From Elsinoe ampelina (Eukaryota), in assembly GCA_010093995.1 (NCBI GenBank), contig ML992512.1:343736-407735 (forward strand): a stretch of DNA of 64,000 bases, given 5' to 3'. Positions 60,924 through 64,000 of this stretch are shown here, piece after piece (the first letter of the stretch is position 1; each line of letters opens with the position of its first letter). Position numbers and translations under genes: made by a program. Below the pieces are notes generated by a model. That model saw nothing but the letters and a program-made list of their open reading frames with translations, did not search any database and was not told the origin of the DNA.

Positions 60924-61790
60924 GGTCGAGGTCGGTGTAGCTACGAGCTCGGATGTCTAGAGAGTGAACTAGAAGTGATTATGAGAGCGCAGCGCCGTCC
61001 ATGTCAGGATATAGGGTGAAAGCAAAGTAGTCTCAGTCCTTGATCCGAGTAGCGACCCTAGTCGCGCGAAGACGGTCGACACTTGTCAATGCGAGGTTGA
61101 ATACAATGTGGAGTTACCTCTACCCATTCTATGCAACAGACTTCCATCTCTGAACCAACATGAACCCTAACCCTATTCAAGCATCTGCGATTCGACAGAT
61201 CATCTGGCTCGTGTTAGGGCTTTGTGGATCACTTATATTTGGGAACGTGGTCTCATTCCTCCCACCATGGTTCGTCACGTTTGGGAATGAATGGCAGACA
61301 TCATTACTAGCTCAAAGGCTGTGCGCTGACATGAGGTAGCAGCTCATCCGCACTCATTCGACTGCGGCAGCCATGCTCGAGGTGTACTTGGAGGAATGCA
61401 CCAGGCCTCGGCCAGGCGACCGAGTATTTGACTCCATTAGGCTCTGCACAGCCCTTCATCAATTGCAGATCTGCTTTTAGGTATTCAGCATTTTCTCATG
61501 CTCGGCTTTCATTCTGGAATTGCGTTTGGCGCTCGTGCGAATCAAATTTCCTCCTGTTTCTAACCCATCAGCCTGGTCCGGTGTTTGAAATTACCAAGAT
61601 TCCTCCTGGCACTCGAGTGTCATTCATGGATCGGATGCATCATTTTTGGAATCTGTAAGATTGCTACCGAGAAAGGTAGCCCTTTTGTGAGGGCAATTGG
61701 CACGCGACTCCCTTCTTTATCCATCGTGCTTGACCAATCTAGCGGTGTGACTTTGGCTCCTCGCTTTTTGGCCCTTTGCAGCACTTCGAG

Positions 61791-63062
61791 ATGACCACAG
61801 ACGAGCGCACTGATACCACGCCCGGCAGCAATCCGTTCACGCCCGCCGATGCAGTGTCCGGCAGTACTTCACCAACGAAAGACCAATACTTTGATGCGCC
61901 AGGAGACACGACTGACCCGGAGAAGTCGGCGGTGCCAGAACCACCTCCGGATCCTCGACTCGGCGGTCACAACAAGGAATCTGTTGAGCTTGATGATGCC
62001 ATACGATACGACCTATCTCCAAGCGCATCATCCACGACATCTGGAGAGTATGTAGATGCGATTCGTCCTGCGCCGTCCGCAAATGCGAGCCGGACATCGG
62101 TAGCAAGACCTGGCACTAGTGGCGGCTTGCCAGCGCATACTCTGTCGACAAAGGCCAGCTCTCGAAGTCTACCATCCCTACGCAGACCAGAGACAAGACT
62201 AGCTCAGAAAGAAGCACATCCATGGCAACACCTCGGTATCACGCTTGGCTTACCCATGATCCTCTTATTCGATCTAGCAATACCCTGCATCGTCTACTAC
62301 ACATGGTACAATAGATCAGTCTCACGGTGGGAGGAAGACTGTCGGAACCAATTCCAAGACCGCCCATGTGAACTGCCGAAGCCTGAACTGGACAAGACGA
62401 TCATGGGGGCCGCCGTGGCCTGCTTCGGGTTCGGAGAAATCTGGATCTTGGGAGCCAGAGTTTGGCGGCTGTTCTTTCGACAAGAAGAATGTGCACCGTT
62501 ACTGTCGAGAAGCAGATGGGAATTGGACGCCACTAGCTGGGTCTACCTTGTAGCCGTGCTGATGGCTCTCATACCATTTGTCGTCGGATCCGAGCTTGTC
62601 ATTCCCAAGCTGTACCTCTACGGACCAAGCTTTATCATGGTCTTTCTCGGGATACTAATGATCATATCCTTCTTTCCCTTCAGATTGCCTGTAGGCATTA
62701 ATTCACAACCACGCGGGTCTCGCATGCGACCTTTCATCTACTACGCAGCCGAAGACTTTATCGCTGTAGACGGACTGCAAGACCGAGAGTTCAGAATACG
62801 GTATAATGAACGATACGAAGAGAACAAGTCCTTCCGGAGATTCTTCTACTTCCTCACCGTCTGGTGGATATTGGGCGTCATGTTATATGAAGGGGCGGTC
62901 TCGGCGATAATCTGGTTGTTACCCTTCCATTACGCATTTGGGGCGAGTCTCGGCGTTCTGTTTGGATGGATCGCCACATGGGCGTTATGCACTTATGGTT
63001 TTGTAGAATGGGAGATGAGGAGGGAAAATAAGGCGTACGAAGCAGCGGCTCTTGAGGCTTGA
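61791..63062 (+). CDS. Hypothetical multi-pass membrane protein
   Basis: Disordered N-terminus followed by about 6-7 hydrophobic segments and the motif PFIYYAAEDFIAVDG. Confidence 0.8.
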   Translation: MTTDERTDTTPGSNPFTPADAVSGSTSPTKDQYFDAPGDTTDPEKSAVPEPPPDPRLGGHNKESVELDDAIRYDLSPSASSTTSGEYVDAIRPAPSANASRTSVARPGTSGGLPAHTLSTKASSRSLPSLRRPETRLAQKEAHPWQHLGITLGLPMILLFDLAIPCIVYYTWYNRSVSRWEEDCRNQFQDRPCELPKPELDKTIMGAAVACFGFGEIWILGARVWRLFFRQEECAPLLSRSRWELDATSWVYLVAVLMALIPFVVGSELVIPKLYLYGPSFIMVFLGILMIISFFPFRLPVGINSQPRGSRMRPFIYYAAEDFIAVDGLQDREFRIRYNERYEENKSFRRFFYFLTVWWILGVMLYEGAVSAIIWLLPFHYAFGASLGVLFGWIATWALCTYGFVEWEMRRENKAYEAAALEA

Positions 63063-63633
63063 CCGACATTGAAGCTTGTAACATACATAGACTGCCTCGG
63101 TACATATGTATCATAGATCTATTTCCTCCAATCGCGCGTGCTTCGCGAGCTCCACTCCAGGGGCTGACACAAATCTTCTTCCGAGCCCTATAGTAGATCT
63201 TACTACTGAAAATGCCCATTTGGTGAAGAACCCACAACACGGACATGGTTCCCGACCACGTCAGGAAGGTAGAGGAAGTGGAGGAGATCTTGTCGGGTAA
63301 CATACTCCGCCCTTTGTACAATTCAGAGTATGATCCTCCGCCGCTGTGGCTGCTTGGTCGGTTTCAAGGCGTTCTCGAAACAGCTGGCGCCGGGATGCGG
63401 AGCTTGACAAGAAGCTTGAAATGAAAGGGTTCACCTTTCCACCTCCAACGCTCGCGATCACATTCGCTGGTTGGCATGAAAGATTGTTCCGCCCTGTGTC
63501 ATGTTTGTAACGAATGTAGCTCTGAAGCTGAGATGTTCTAGAGGTATGTATAAAGGTAGTATTCCCATCCTAACATCCTCAACCACGACACCACTACCAT
63601 ATCACCTCTACCGCTGCTTTGCACAATTTCACA

Positions 63634-64000
63634 ATGGGCCTCCTCAGTACCATTGGCGCCATTGCGTCTGCCGCGGCCTTTGCCTCTGCCAACTCGGACT
63701 TCGTCACGCTCGCCACTCGCGGCTCCGCTTGGATTCAGGAGGCGGATGCTACTGTGATTCTTCCAGCCCTACCCAACCCGGTCAATGGCCATACTTCGCT
63801 GTGGAGTGGTATCTATACCGACAACAACTTGTCATTCATGCAAGGTGTCAGCGCTGTTGGCCCTGGCGAGTACGTTGGCACTGAGAAGACAGTCGTACAT
63901 GGAACACTGATGGTCATGGTAGTAATTTCTGCGGTCGTGCTGGAATTACTGCCTGGTGCAACAATGCATACACACTCACTGGGCAAGCGCCGAGTAAGCT
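63634..64000 (+). CDS. Secreted protein, 5' partial (beta-rich, family uncertain)
   Basis: TATAAA near 63549; signal peptide MGLLSTIGAIASAAAFASA; SLWSGI...FMQGV; intron starting GTACGT near 63870, then NFCGRAGITAWCNNAY. Confidence 0.7.
   Translation, partial: MGLLSTIGAIASAAAFASANSDFVTLATRGSAWIQEADATVILPALPNPVNGHTSLWSGIYTDNNLSFMQGVSAVGPGEYVGTEKTVVHGTLMVMVVISAVVLELLPGATMHTHSLGKRRVS

Noticed and set aside
61160..61176. Telomere-like CCCTAA repeat
   Set aside because: Only about two units, which is expected by chance.
1..64000. CRISPR array, tRNA/rRNA genes, intact transposons
   Set aside because: The sequence is eukaryotic; no repeat-spacer array, cloverleaf, rRNA-like tract, transposase, RT, LTR or TIR was seen by eye.

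Overview
Intron-containing DNA from a filamentous ascomycete (GT-AG introns of about 50 nt with CTRAY branch sites; probably Dothideomycetes, by inference). A housekeeping backbone (IMPACT/Yih1 3' end, acetoacetyl-CoA synthetase, RER2, SPE2, QCR6, SOD2, an ABCB/MDR transporter, HID1/Ecm30, SSL2/XPB, ERG7, TAF6) is interrupted by two accessory arrays, at 27.8-39.4 kb and 52.1-55.2 kb. Together these hold 11 highly diverged BTB/POZ paralogues: 9 apparently intact, 1 frameshifted and 1 truncated pseudogene. They share a micro-exon with a phase-2 intron and a C-terminal CxxC...CxxC zinc ribbon. A 2EXR-domain pseudogene sits inside the first array, and most array promoters carry a CAYGTGA E-box about 90-190 bp upstream of the ATG. 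This suggests a co-regulated, birth-and-death family of ubiquitin-ligase adaptors, and it is the main candidate novel system. Also present: a probable intronic C/D snoRNA targeting 18S rRNA, a structured SPE2 leader with a tiny uORF, two small Cys-rich secreted proteins, a secreted Arg/Pro repeat protein with Kex2 sites, and repeated orientation-independent C-rich to G-rich skew inversions. All calls come from manual reading and splicing; no searches were run.
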